Source of the DNA: Polyangiaceae bacterium
GTDB lineage: Bacteria > Myxococcota_A > Polyangia > Polyangiales > Polyangiaceae
Direction of reading: 5' to 3'
Length of the DNA stretch: 64,000 bases
Assembly: GCA_033763455.1 (NCBI GenBank)
Contig: JANRKO010000023.1
Location: forward strand, 320,001-384,000
Shown in pieces: positions 9,822 to 19,582 of this stretch. The position numbers were made by a program, and so were the translations under genes. The notes under the pieces were generated by a model that did no database searches, had not been told where the DNA came from, and worked only from the letters and a program-made list of their open reading frames with translations. Position 1 is the first letter of the stretch. Every line of letters begins with the position of its first letter.

Positions 9822-11447
9822 ATGCTGCGACTCGACTCCGTCTCAAAACAGCACGGGAAACAGATCCTTTTTCTCGACGCTTCCATGGGCGCCTTCAAGG
9901 GCGAGCGTGTGGGGCTCGTGGGTCCCAACGGAGCGGGCAAATCCACCATTTTCCGCTTGATCATGCGCGAAGAGCAGGCGGATGGTGGGCAGGTTGTTGT
10001 CGATAAGGGCGTAACGATTGGCTACTTCAGCCAGAGCGTTGGGGAGATGGCGGGGCGAAGTGTCATTCAGGAAACAATGGCCGGCGCCGGCGCCGTGGCT
10101 GAGGTGGGCGCTGAGCTCGCCGAGCTTGAGCTCGCCATGGCGGACCCAGAGCGCATGGATGAGCTCGATGCCTTGATTGAACGTTTCGGAACGGTGCAAG
10201 CCCGTTTCGACGAACTCGGAGGTTACGCGCTGGAAGCACGGGCTCGCGAAATCCTAGCAGGCTTGAGCTTTCGCCCGGAAACCATCGACGACGACGTGGG
10301 CAAGCTTTCAGGTGGTTGGAAAATGCGCGTGGCTCTCGCGCGCATTCTGCTCATGCGCCCCGATGTGCTCTTGCTGGACGAGCCAACCAACCATTTGGAC
10401 ATCGAATCGATCATTTGGCTGGAACGATTTCTGAAGGGCTTCGAAGGCGCCATCATCGTCACCTCGCATGATCGGGAGTTTCTGAATCGCCTGGTTACGA
10501 AAATTGTAGAGATAGACGGTGGAGAGTTAACCACATATACTGGCAACTTCGATTTTTTCGAGCAGCAGCGCGCCATCAACGCCAAGCAAGCGCAAGCGCA
10601 GTACGATCGGCAGCAGGCCATGCTGGCCAAAGAAGAGGCCTTCATCGCTCGTTTTAAGGCCCGGGCTAGCCACGCCGCCCAGGTGCAATCACGCGTCAAG
10701 AAGCTCGATAAGATCGAGCGCTTCGAGCCACCAAAACGCCGACAAATCATCGATTTTGAGTTCCGCCCGCCGCAGCGGTCGGGGGACGACGTAGTCAAGA
10801 TTGAAAAGCTCAATAAGGCGTACGGTAGCCTCAAAATATACGACAACTTTGATCTCCTGATCCGGCGGCGAGAGCGTTGGTGTGTGATGGGGGTTAACGG
10901 CGCCGGCAAATCAACACTGTTAAAGCTAGTGGCTGGTGAAGCGCAGCCAGATTCTGGGCGGGTGGCTGTGGGGGCAAGCGTGAAGCTCGGCTACTTCGCT
11001 CAACATTCGATGGAAGTTCTGGACCCATCGCAGACTGTCATCGAATCATTGCAGTGGTCCTTCCCTATGGCGGGTCTTGGCACCTTGCGCACACTTGCCG
11101 GGGCATTTGGCTTTTCGGGCGATGAAGTCGAAAAATCCTGTCAGGTGCTCTCAGGCGGAGAGAAGGCGCGCTTGGTGTTGGCCAAGATGTTGTTCGATCC
11201 ACCGAACCTTTTGGTGTTGGACGAGCCCACCAACCACCTGGACATGGACACCAAAGAGATGCTGGTGAAGGCCTTAATGAATTTTGAAGGCACACTCCTG
11301 TTCGTGTCCCACGATCGAAAGTTCTTGTCGGCGCTCTCCAATCGCGTCTTGGAGCTCACGCCGGGCAATGTCCATGTTTATCCGGGCGGCTACACCGAAT
11401 ACGTCGAGCAATCAGGGCATGAAGCGCCGGGTGTTGGGCCAAGTTAG
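9822..11447 (+). CDS. ABC-F family ATP-binding protein
   Basis: Two ABC cassettes (GPNGAGKST/LSGGW/LDEPTNH; GVNGAGKST/LSGGE/LDEPTNH), interdomain linker, no TM segments; start at MLRLDSV. Confidence 0.95.
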   Translation: MLRLDSVSKQHGKQILFLDASMGAFKGERVGLVGPNGAGKSTIFRLIMREEQADGGQVVVDKGVTIGYFSQSVGEMAGRSVIQETMAGAGAVAEVGAELAELELAMADPERMDELDALIERFGTVQARFDELGGYALEARAREILAGLSFRPETIDDDVGKLSGGWKMRVALARILLMRPDVLLLDEPTNHLDIESIIWLERFLKGFEGAIIVTSHDREFLNRLVTKIVEIDGGELTTYTGNFDFFEQQRAINAKQAQAQYDRQQAMLAKEEAFIARFKARASHAAQVQSRVKKLDKIERFEPPKRRQIIDFEFRPPQRSGDDVVKIEKLNKAYGSLKIYDNFDLLIRRRERWCVMGVNGAGKSTLLKLVAGEAQPDSGRVAVGASVKLGYFAQHSMEVLDPSQTVIESLQWSFPMAGLGTLRTLAGAFGFSGDEVEKSCQVLSGGEKARLVLAKMLFDPPNLLVLDEPTNHLDMDTKEMLVKALMNFEGTLLFVSHDRKFLSALSNRVLELTPGNVHVYPGGYTEYVEQSGHEAPGVGPS

Positions 11448-11492
11448 GCCGCGCCAATTGCGCCAAAAACGGGGGGGCACTAGGTTTGAGGT

Positions 11493-13625
11493 TTGCCCAA
11501 GGATCCCCGCGTGAGCCCACAACCCATAAAAGACCCAGCCCTGGAACACTACAACACCATTCCGGACTTTAGCGCGTTCGATCCCTCCCGGGTCGAACCG
11601 CTGCTCACTCGCTTGATTGCGAAGCAAGATCAGGCACTCCAGGAGCTTGAGAGCTCATGCACTCCAACCTGGGCCGGGGTTGTCCAGCCTCTCACCGATC
11701 TGGCCGAGCCTTTATCTTACGCCTGGGGAGTGGTGCACCACCTTCTCAGCGTCAAAGATAGCGAGCCGTTGCGTGATGTGGTGCAAAAGCTGCAACCGTT
11801 GGTCGTCGCAGCAAGCCTGCGCTTGGCTCAGAGCGAAGCTCTGTATCGAGCGCACCGAGAAATCCAAAATGGCGCCGAATGGGCCAAGCTCGATGAGGCC
11901 CAACGCCGCGTCGTAGAAGCGGCCATCTTGGGCGCAGAGCATAGCGGTATTGCGCTCGCTGGTGCCGAACGCGCGCGCTTCAATGAAATCGAAGCTGAGC
12001 TGGCACGCTTGGGAACGCACTTTAGCAATCATGTTTTGGACGCCACCAAGGCTTTTTCGCTGATTTTGCGCACACCCGAAGAGGTGCGCGGCCTGCCTGA
12101 AACCGTTCTCGGCATGATGGCCCAGTCGGCGCGAGCCCACGCCGAAGGCGATGCCACCCTCGAAAATGCCACCGCCAGCTCCGGCCCATGGCGCCTCACA
12201 CTAGACGCACCGATCTTGGGGCCATTTCTCAAACATGCCTACGCACGCGATCTGCGTGAGAAGCTATACCGAGCTTACGTAACGCAAGCCTCCAGCGGAG
12301 AGCTCGATAATCAGCCCATCATTTTAGATATTCTTCGGCTTAGAAAAGAAAAGGCGCGCCTGCTCGGCTACGCTACCTACGCCGACCTCAGTCTTTCTCG
12401 AAAGATGGCCAAACAAGTCCCAGCCGTCGAAAAGATGTTGGCAGATTTGCGGCGAACCTCGCGCCCAGTAGCTGAAGCCGAATACACCCAGCTCATCGCT
12501 TTTGTGGCAGCCCAAACAGGAGAAGCCAAGCCGGATGTGAAGTTGTGGGATGTGGGGTTCTGGGCCGAGCGCCAACGCGAAAAGCTGCTGGATTTTACTG
12601 ACGAACAGCTGCGTCCCTTCTTCCCCCTCCCCCGCGTATTGGAGGGCCTATTTGGCGTCGCCGAGCGGCTCTTTGGCGTGAAGATTGTCGCCGCCGACGG
12701 CCAAGCGCCGATCTGGGAGGCAAGCGTTCGCTTCTTCCGCGTGCTGGATGCCACAGGCCAAGCCGTCGCAAGCTTCTTTCTCGATCCTTATACCCGCCCC
12801 GCCGAAAAGCGTGGCGGCGCCTGGATGAATACGTGCCTGGATCGAAAGCTTTTGGCAGACGGCTCCGTACGCCTCCCGGTTGCCTACCTCATCTGCAACC
12901 AAAGCCCACCCGTTGGGCAAACGCCGTCGCTCATGACCTTCGGTGAGGTGGAAACGCTCTTCCACGAATTCGGGCACGGCCTGCAACACATGCTCACGCG
13001 CGTCAATTACGTAGATGCCGCTGGCATCAACAACATCGAGTGGGACGCCGTCGAGCTTCCGAGCCAATTCATGGAAAATTGGTGCTACCACCGCCCCACG
13101 CTCCTCACTTTTGCCCGCCATTTCGAGTCGGGAGAGCCGCTCCCGCAAGATTTGTTCGACAAATTGCTCTCAGCTCGCAACTATCGCGCCGGTAGCCAAT
13201 TCCTGCGCCAAGTGCACCTCGGCTCCCTCGATCTCGCGCTCCACTCAAGCTTCGAGCCCAATGACACCGAGAGCCTGCAAACGTTAGTGCAAAGCGTTGC
13301 GCGCGAGAACACGATCCTCAAGCCTTTGCCCGAAGATCGCTTCCTCTGCTCCTTCGGCCACATTTTCGCGGGTGGCTACGCCGCGGGATACTACAGCTAC
13401 AAGTGGGCCGAGGTGCTCGCCGCCGACGCCTTCACAGCTTTCACAGAAGCTGGCCTAGATAATCCCGAGAAGCTCAGCGAAGTAGGCACCCGCTTTCGCG
13501 ACACCGTCCTCGCCCTCGGTGGCGGCAAAGAACCCGGCGCCGTCTTCAGGCTCTTCCGCGGCCGCGACCCAGATCCCAAAGCCCTGCTCGAAAGCTACGG
13601 CCTTTCGCCAGCAGCAGCGGAATAG
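11493..13625 (+). CDS. prlC: M3 family metallopeptidase (oligopeptidase A)
   Basis: HEFGH zinc motif, WDAVELPSQFMENW, GGYAAGYYSYKWAE; start may be GTG 11511. Confidence 0.93.
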   Translation: MPKDPRVSPQPIKDPALEHYNTIPDFSAFDPSRVEPLLTRLIAKQDQALQELESSCTPTWAGVVQPLTDLAEPLSYAWGVVHHLLSVKDSEPLRDVVQKLQPLVVAASLRLAQSEALYRAHREIQNGAEWAKLDEAQRRVVEAAILGAEHSGIALAGAERARFNEIEAELARLGTHFSNHVLDATKAFSLILRTPEEVRGLPETVLGMMAQSARAHAEGDATLENATASSGPWRLTLDAPILGPFLKHAYARDLREKLYRAYVTQASSGELDNQPIILDILRLRKEKARLLGYATYADLSLSRKMAKQVPAVEKMLADLRRTSRPVAEAEYTQLIAFVAAQTGEAKPDVKLWDVGFWAERQREKLLDFTDEQLRPFFPLPRVLEGLFGVAERLFGVKIVAADGQAPIWEASVRFFRVLDATGQAVASFFLDPYTRPAEKRGGAWMNTCLDRKLLADGSVRLPVAYLICNQSPPVGQTPSLMTFGEVETLFHEFGHGLQHMLTRVNYVDAAGINNIEWDAVELPSQFMENWCYHRPTLLTFARHFESGEPLPQDLFDKLLSARNYRAGSQFLRQVHLGSLDLALHSSFEPNDTESLQTLVQSVARENTILKPLPEDRFLCSFGHIFAGGYAAGYYSYKWAEVLAADAFTAFTEAGLDNPEKLSEVGTRFRDTVLALGGGKEPGAVFRLFRGRDPDPKALLESYGLSPAAAE

Positions 13626-13732
13626 ACCGCAAAAAAGGCCCCCTCACGTCACGGTTGCGCGCGTGGACGCGGCCGTGGCAGAACCCTCAGCGCACTGACG
13701 GCTCGGAACCCAAACGAGCCAGAAGAGCACCC

Positions 13733-13806
13733 GCTTCCGTAGCTCAGTTGGATAGAGCAGGGCTTTCCTAAAGCCAAGGTCGCAAGTTCGATTCTTGCCG
13801 GAGGCG
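13733..13806 (+). tRNA. tRNA-Arg (anticodon CCT)
   Basis: Acceptor stem GCTTCCG/CGGAGGC, D-arm AGCTCAGTTGGATAGAGC, anticodon loop TTCCTAA, T-arm GCAAG-TTCGATT-CTTGC; no encoded CCA. Confidence 0.95.
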
Positions 13807-14114
13807 CTAAACGTCAACGACGGTAAAACAACCAAATACGGCCGTGCCCGTTGCAGTTGCGGCACGACGACGGCACCCGGCGGTAAGGACGCAACGCCAC
13901 GCAGCAGGACGCTCTGGGACGCAGGCCGGGGCAATAGGTGGGCAATGGCGACGCCGTGGCCGGCTCGCGGCGACTCACACGGAAAACAGCGGCCTTGCCT
14001 GCATCCAGCCTATCTAGCTCGACCCTGAGCAAAAACCAGCCCCATGCACCTTTCATTCAGCTGCGAACTTGGTGGATTGCGCTGCTCTCTCGGAGTTTTC
14101 GCGCACGGACATGC

Positions 14115-15758
14115 TTAACGATTTCGCGCGCAACGCATCCCGATATTATTAAAGCGGCTCTCTGGCGAGCCGCTAAGGGCGATGCGTTCAGTCGATGTGA
14201 GGAATGCGGCATCGTAATCATACGCTCCACCCCGCACGGTGCGATTGCCGACGCTCGTAAGATTAGCGCAATTGTTGCAGTTAGCTTGATACTGCTCGCT
14301 GTACTGGTCCTGGGTCCACTCCCAGATGTTCCCCGCCAGGTCAGCCTGACCCCACTTCCCGTTCCCGGCCAATACGGAGCCTACCGGAGCGATGTCCAGC
14401 GCCTCGCACGAATTAGTGCCGTTGTAGTAACATCCATACACGGCGAGGCTCGCGTCCGCCGCGGGCGCTGTAGCTCCCCATGGGTAGACTCGCTGCTCGT
14501 TCCCTCCCGCCGCTGCGTAGTTCCACTCCGCCTCTGTGGGTAGCCTGCCCCCATCCCACGTGCAGAATGCCTGCGCTTCGTACCAATTGACGCAGTTCAT
14601 GGGTCGATCCTCGTTAGCCCCGACTGCGTCGGTCCATGTCTGGAACGTGGTGTCGCACTTTAGTGCACTCGTCATCGTCGATGTGCTCCCTTGCAGGTAC
14701 ACGTTCCACGCGTTGTCCCACCCGGCGTCGGACGCGTTATTCACGTTCTTGCCGGCTCCGGTTGGGATCATGCTGAAGCCAGACGCCACCCAGAACTTCC
14801 GGAACCTTCCGACCGTTACTTCGTAGTAATCTAGTCGGAAATCGCTCACCGTGGCTGGGTAGACTGCGTTGTTGCTTCGATTGAATGTGCCACCCGGGAT
14901 CGTTACCGTCGTGCAGCAGTTCTCGCTTCCGGAAACGCCGCAGCTTGCGGCTAGGCCTGAGCAACTCGGAGGTGAGCCGCATTCCCCCGCACCCGTACAC
15001 GCGGGCGCGCTGTCCGGGCACGCTGTGGCGGTTCCCCAAGATGCTCCTGTGCTGTCACACGTCTGTGCCGAGGATCCATCTGAACACTTCTTGGTTCCAG
15101 GTGTGCAAACGCCTGAACAGAGGCCGTCTCCGGTACACGCTTGATTCACGCACGCGATGGGTGGTGCCCAGGCGCCGTTATCGTCGCACGTTTGAGCCGC
15201 GTTGCCGGAACACTTCTTGGCTCCAGGCGTACATACGCCTGTGCACTCCCCTGCAACGCAGGCTTGGCTCACGCACTCCTCCAACTTGTGAGTGCTTACC
15301 AAATCCGGCCCGCAAGCAACCCGACTCAAGGCATCGCAGAATGTGTTCCCCACCGCATCAACGCACGCGGCAACTATCGGTGCGCATGCACCCACGTCGG
15401 CTCCCGCCCGCGAGTCACAGTACTGTCCGACAGGACAAGTGCCATTGGGTGCCCACACGCCGTTGACACAAGCTATCTGCTGGCGCTGCGCGTGTCCCGC
15501 ACATGCGTACGCTCCGGTCGCGCAAGGCTGCCCGAGTGTCCCAATTTGACTGCCACCGCTTCCCCCGGCCGTCGACAGGCTTCCGCCCAGAGCAGCGGCG
15601 CCACCCGAAATCGTCATGCCCGCTCCTCCCGCGGCGGAAGCGGCCCCGGCCATGGTTGGCGCGCTCCCGCCGCTCGCAACGACATTATGTGGGGGGACGG
15701 AATCACACGCTGCACCCAGCACCAGCACCCCCCCCAAAGGCCATATCCTTTTAAGCAC
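14115..15758 (-). CDS. Lipoprotein with Cys-rich repeats and C-terminal FGE-sulfatase (SUMF1/EgtB/PvdO) domain
   Basis: Lipobox LGAAC; duplicated GVCTPG(A/T)KKCS; PMNCVNWYEA, RLPTEAEW, DLAGNIWEW, RGG, IGMRCAR. Confidence 0.9.
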   Translation of the reverse strand: MLKRIWPLGGVLVLGAACDSVPPHNVVASGGSAPTMAGAASAAGGAGMTISGGAAALGGSLSTAGGSGGSQIGTLGQPCATGAYACAGHAQRQQIACVNGVWAPNGTCPVGQYCDSRAGADVGACAPIVAACVDAVGNTFCDALSRVACGPDLVSTHKLEECVSQACVAGECTGVCTPGAKKCSGNAAQTCDDNGAWAPPIACVNQACTGDGLCSGVCTPGTKKCSDGSSAQTCDSTGASWGTATACPDSAPACTGAGECGSPPSCSGLAASCGVSGSENCCTTVTIPGGTFNRSNNAVYPATVSDFRLDYYEVTVGRFRKFWVASGFSMIPTGAGKNVNNASDAGWDNAWNVYLQGSTSTMTSALKCDTTFQTWTDAVGANEDRPMNCVNWYEAQAFCTWDGGRLPTEAEWNYAAAGGNEQRVYPWGATAPAADASLAVYGCYYNGTNSCEALDIAPVGSVLAGNGKWGQADLAGNIWEWTQDQYSEQYQANCNNCANLTSVGNRTVRGGAYDYDAAFLTSTERIALSGSPESRFNNIGMRCARNR

Positions 15759-16125
15759 CGTGCACTCCGCGTCGACAGAAGACCACGCACGTACATTACA
15801 GGGTCGCAGCAGTTGTGCCTAGCTAGCGTTGTGTACCAACACCTGGCGTTCACTCCCACCAGGCGTCGTCAATACTCTTCGCTCGTTGGCCGAATCCAAA
15901 AGGCGCAGGTGAATGCCGCCCAAAGCAGCAGCAAGGTGGCCGCCGACGTCGATCGTGAGCGACGCTGGCGCCAAATATGCCGATAATATCCTCGTTCTTT
16001 GGCATACATATTCGCACGTAGCACGATGATCACCCTCCCCCGAAGGTCACGCGGAGCACCTGCGTCGGTCGTCGGCGCAGATCTCGGACGACCCGCGGCT
16101 CGGTCGGCTTTCTCCGCCGCGCCCA

Positions 16126-16968
16126 TCAAGGATTGAGCGTTTTGGCGACTTGTCCGATCACGACATCGGCCCAAGCGTCCACTTCGCTGTCAAGAATGAA
16201 CTCAGCGTTGACCTCCTTCGCGGCCTTCCGAGCAATCTCGTGGGCATCATCCTTGTTGCTCGCGGCCGAGACCACCATCGCGAGGAGCAAGTTCGGCAGC
16301 TTCTTCCGAACGTCCTGCATTGCGAAAGCGGATGCGTCCACGTGTTCGAGAACGCGCCACGGGTCCGAAACAGCAAAGTTGAAGCACTGGGCCGCGCAAC
16401 GCGCGACGCCGTTCGAGACCACCACATCAAACAGCCTGGCGCGCATATCGGCGGAAACCGGAGAACGGGTGCTAACGATCACGTGCTGAGATTTGTCGAT
16501 TTTCTCTGCAACGGCGCCCTTCAAAGCGTCCTTCAAGCTCCCAACCAGCCTTCGCTTGTCAGTCGCATGAGGTGCGCTACGCGCAGGCTTTTCCGGTTCG
16601 TCCGGTTCGACCAAGAATGTCGGGGCGACGTCATCGAGCAACGCGTCCGGCTCAAGCAGCGACGCACGCGGCGCGGTCAACTGAATGCTGCCCTGCCAAT
16701 CCACGGCGAGCCGTTTGACTGTCTCCTCATCGATGCGCTTCGTGCGGCGGTCGCTGGGCCCTTCGGGAACCATCGACTGCTGCACCCACTCCTGGAACGC
16801 TCTCGCACTGACCAGGCGTTCGGACTGCGCGAACAGTTCGACGCGACTCCAATCTTCGAGAAACCTGCCGCGGACCGCCCCATCGCCAAACGTGAGCACG
16901 CCGACGTTCACGAACTCCTCGGCAAGCGAGCTCGGAACGAAGCGGACCACTGAGTAGTACGATGTCAT
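16126..16968 (-). CDS. DUF3037 domain protein
   Basis: N-terminal YYSVVRFVPSSLAEEFVNVGVL; ATGA overlap with the upstream kinase. Confidence 0.8.
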   Translation of the reverse strand: MTSYYSVVRFVPSSLAEEFVNVGVLTFGDGAVRGRFLEDWSRVELFAQSERLVSARAFQEWVQQSMVPEGPSDRRTKRIDEETVKRLAVDWQGSIQLTAPRASLLEPDALLDDVAPTFLVEPDEPEKPARSAPHATDKRRLVGSLKDALKGAVAEKIDKSQHVIVSTRSPVSADMRARLFDVVVSNGVARCAAQCFNFAVSDPWRVLEHVDASAFAMQDVRKKLPNLLLAMVVSAASNKDDAHEIARKAAKEVNAEFILDSEVDAWADVVIGQVAKTLNP

Positions 16969-17807
16969 GGAGTTACCTCGCCGCTTCCAGCGGTCGCATT
17001 CTCAGCCCCGGAGGCGAACGCACGCAAGAGGTCGTCGCGTCGACGCCACATATAGGTGGCGAAAGCGATCTTTTCCTCCGCAGAAACGCCCCACACGGCG
17101 GGCGCGGCGGCAATGTCCTCCGCCAGATTCGCCGCGCTAACATCCCCAAGCCGGGCAACCGCTCGAGTGAGTTCCTGTTTGGTCAGCGCCGCGCCGCTCT
17201 CGAGAACACTATCGACGTGGGCGGGGCCTCGCGCTTCAAGGATCGCGATCGTCCAATTCGGTTCGCTCGGCCCAACGAAGTGACCGTGGTCGACCGACCA
17301 AACGTAGGGCGGTGGCTCATTCGGGTAAATTTGCTGATGGTCGCTGGCGTGCGCCCAACCGTAGAGGACGGCAAGGCTCGCGAACCGCGACCGATTCTCG
17401 GTGAGATCGGTGTGGGCCACGCCCAGACGATCCGAGTGTCTATCGAGAAATTCTAGCCCGTGGCAAACGCCCGCCGTCATGTGGGTGAGACGTGCTTCGG
17501 CTTTGACGAGCACGTCTGGGAGCGACACCAGAGCAGGCTTAGGCACTGGGGCACCAATGCGTTGCGCGAGACGAGCGATCACCTGATCGTTGAAGAGCAT
17601 CCTCCCACCCGCCTGCTGACCCTTAAGCACCCGGAATACACCGTCGCTACACTTGAGGCAAACCGGCGCGGAAGCAGAGCCCCACGGGCCAAAATGAAAC
17701 GTGACGGCTTCAAGAATCGGCGGCAGCTGCCCCGCGGCGGCAATGAGGAGCTGAGCCCAATCGGGTCCTCGCGTCGTGACCTGGCTCTTTTCTTCGACCT
17801 CTTCCAT
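16965..17807 (-). CDS. HipA-like (HipA_2-type) kinase
   Basis: GSASAP...VLKG...LFNDQVIARLA...GAPVP; D-H loop (ASDHQ) and DHG motif; paired with DUF3037. Confidence 0.75.
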   Translation of the reverse strand: MEEVEEKSQVTTRGPDWAQLLIAAAGQLPPILEAVTFHFGPWGSASAPVCLKCSDGVFRVLKGQQAGGRMLFNDQVIARLAQRIGAPVPKPALVSLPDVLVKAEARLTHMTAGVCHGLEFLDRHSDRLGVAHTDLTENRSRFASLAVLYGWAHASDHQQIYPNEPPPYVWSVDHGHFVGPSEPNWTIAILEARGPAHVDSVLESGAALTKQELTRAVARLGDVSAANLAEDIAAAPAVWGVSAEEKIAFATYMWRRRDDLLRAFASGAENATAGSGEVTP

Positions 17808-17990
17808 CCTGGTCCTTCTTCTACTGAACCTGGTCGCAACAAGCGCGCGCCGGCCGGCACAACCAGAAAAAATCCTGGGAGAACCTTATGCGAAGCCGAT
17901 CCTATTTGGGCCCTGTCCCAGAGGTCAAGTGAAAGACTCGATGATCTCCACCAGCTCCGGTCCAACTGCCTCGAGTTTGCCTTGCCTCCA

Positions 17991-18026
17991 TTTCGTTTGT
18001 TTCGATTATTGCATTTGTTTCGTTTC
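17991..18026 (+). promoter_or_regulatory. Four 9-bp direct repeats; putative operator for the Xis-like HTH protein
   Basis: tttcgtttg / tttcgatta / ttgcatttg / tttcgtttc, ending 20 bp upstream of ATG 18047. Confidence 0.55.
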
Positions 18027-18046
18027 GCGCTAGCCTGGTCTTTGCC

Positions 18047-18502
18047 ATGCAAACTTCCCCCGTGAAATTGCCTACTTCCAAAGCGTCAGAGGAAGCCAAG
18101 GTGGCGCTTCGCGCACTCTCTTCGCTGCCGCGTCGGAAGGCCTCGCGGACAGTTGAGGTTCGGCCAGAGGGGGAAGGAAAACCAGTGGCGGTGAGTGTGC
18201 CACGTGAGGCATTCGAGCTGTTCCTCGAGATCCTTGGTCAGATGGCGAACGGCAACGCGGTTACAATCGTGCCTGTTCATGCGGAACTAACAACCCAGCA
18301 AGCCGCAGATCTGCTCAACGTGTCCCGGCCATTCCTGGTTCGGTTGCTCGACGAAAAGAAGTTCCCGTTTCGCTTGGTCGGGACCCATCGCCGCGTGCTC
18401 GTCGCGGATCTGCTGGCATTCAAGCAAAAGGAGGATGCGCGCCGGCAGTCCGTCCTCGATGAGCTTACGGCGGAGGCAGAGAAACACGGTCTGGGGTACT
18501 AA
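18047..18502 (+). CDS. Excisionase-like HTH_17 DNA-binding protein (putative antitoxin)
   Basis: [23 protein letters not shown]...[20 protein letters not shown] terminus. Confidence 0.9.
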   Translation: MQTSPVKLPTSKASEEAKVALRALSSLPRRKASRTVEVRPEGEGKPVAVSVPREAFELFLEILGQMANGNAVTIVPVHAELTTQQAADLLNVSRPFLVRLLDEKKFPFRLVGTHRRVLVADLLAFKQKEDARRQSVLDELTAEAEKHGLGY

Positions 18503-18507
18503 CCCGC

Positions 18508-19083
18508 ATGGCGTTCGTCGTCCTCTACGACGCTTGCGTGCTGTACCCGGCGCCACTGCGCGATCTTCTCATTCGCCTGGCCAACACGGGGATCGTTCGA
18601 GCACGTTGGTCGGAGACGATTCTCGATGAGTGTTTCCGCAATATCCTTAACAATCGCCCCGAGCTTCGTCCCGAGGCCCTCCATCGAACACGAGAACTGA
18701 TGCGCCAAGCGGTGCCGGACTGCATGGTTTGTGGATTCGAGGCCCTCATCGAGGGTATCGAGCTACCGGACCCCAACGATCGGCACGTTCTGGCAGCCGC
18801 TATCCGCGCAGGAGCACAAGCCATCGTGACCTTTAATTTGGCGGACTTTCCGGAGCAAAAGCTCGCATCGTACAACATCGAAGCCAAACACCCGGACGAT
18901 TTTGTGCTCGACACGATCGATCTCGCGCCCGGGCTCGCTACGGCCGTTGTTAGCCGACAGGCAAACGCGCTCAAGAGTCCGCCTCGTTCAGTGGGGGAAT
19001 TGCTCGATACTCTGCGGGATCAGGGGCTGGTGCGCTCGGTCGCCAAGCTACGCGAACTGCTCGGCGCTGGTGACGCAATTTGA
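18508..19083 (+). CDS. PIN domain protein (PIN_3-type putative toxin)
   Basis: VLYDACVLYP, WSETILDE, LPDPNDRHVLAAA, IVTFNLADF, HPDDF. Confidence 0.9.
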   Translation: MAFVVLYDACVLYPAPLRDLLIRLANTGIVRARWSETILDECFRNILNNRPELRPEALHRTRELMRQAVPDCMVCGFEALIEGIELPDPNDRHVLAAAIRAGAQAIVTFNLADFPEQKLASYNIEAKHPDDFVLDTIDLAPGLATAVVSRQANALKSPPRSVGELLDTLRDQGLVRSVAKLRELLGAGDAI

Positions 19084-19176
19084 CCGCTGGCATCGATGAC
19101 TCTTCAGGACCTCGTGATGATCGCGAAGGAGGTACAACCAATGACCGCCCGTTCCATCGTTCCACTGAACGAAACC

Positions 19177-19582
19177 TCAGCGAGCCGCGTGCAGTTCCAG
19201 ACCCAGCACACGCGAAAACCGTTCAAAATCTTGATCCGTAGTAAAAACTGCGAGCTTCCTCCGCAGGCTCACGGCACATATCAGAAAGTCCGTGTTCGAC
19301 CCCTGAACCCCCTTGGCCCGACACCGATTGAAGCAAGCTGCGGCTTCCTCGTAGTCAGCCGCTTCGAGCGGGATATCTTCGAATGCACGTAAGCGTTCAC
19401 GTAGCTTCCGATATTGTTCACCAACTCGAACTCCCGACAGCAATTCTTGTCGAATAGCGCCAATCATTGCCACGCGCCCCTCACGTATCAAATTCGACTA
19501 GCTCCTTAGCGGCTGCGCTATCAGGTGCACCCCTTCTACGTATCGCTTGCGACCACACGCAGGTGTCTACCAGGACGTTCAT
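19177..19582 (-). pseudogene. vapC: VapC PIN toxin with a single-base frameshift
   Basis: ATG 19582 gives MNVLVDTCVWSQAIRRR...KELVEFDT* (stop 19481-19483); the adjacent frame continues LIREGRVAMIGAIRQELLSG...TDFLIC...TTDQDF; one extra T near 19490-19492. Confidence 0.8.

Noticed and set aside
14089..14113. Minus-strand TGCGCGAAAACTCCG (CAKTP) echoing an FGE C-terminus just after the FGE stop
   Set aside because: The match is too short to distinguish from chance.
14115..14260. DGR variable region in the FGE gene
   Set aside because: No reverse transcriptase or adenine-variant template repeat is visible in the window.
15869..16174. 101-aa ORF downstream of DUF3037 as a third module gene
   Set aside because: It overlaps DUF3037, is Arg-rich and has no recognisable motif or clear RBS.
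17579..18052. 157-aa ORF with [11 protein letters not shown]
   Set aside because: It is an artefact of reading the 9-bp repeat array on the minus strand, and it overlaps the kinase gene out of frame.
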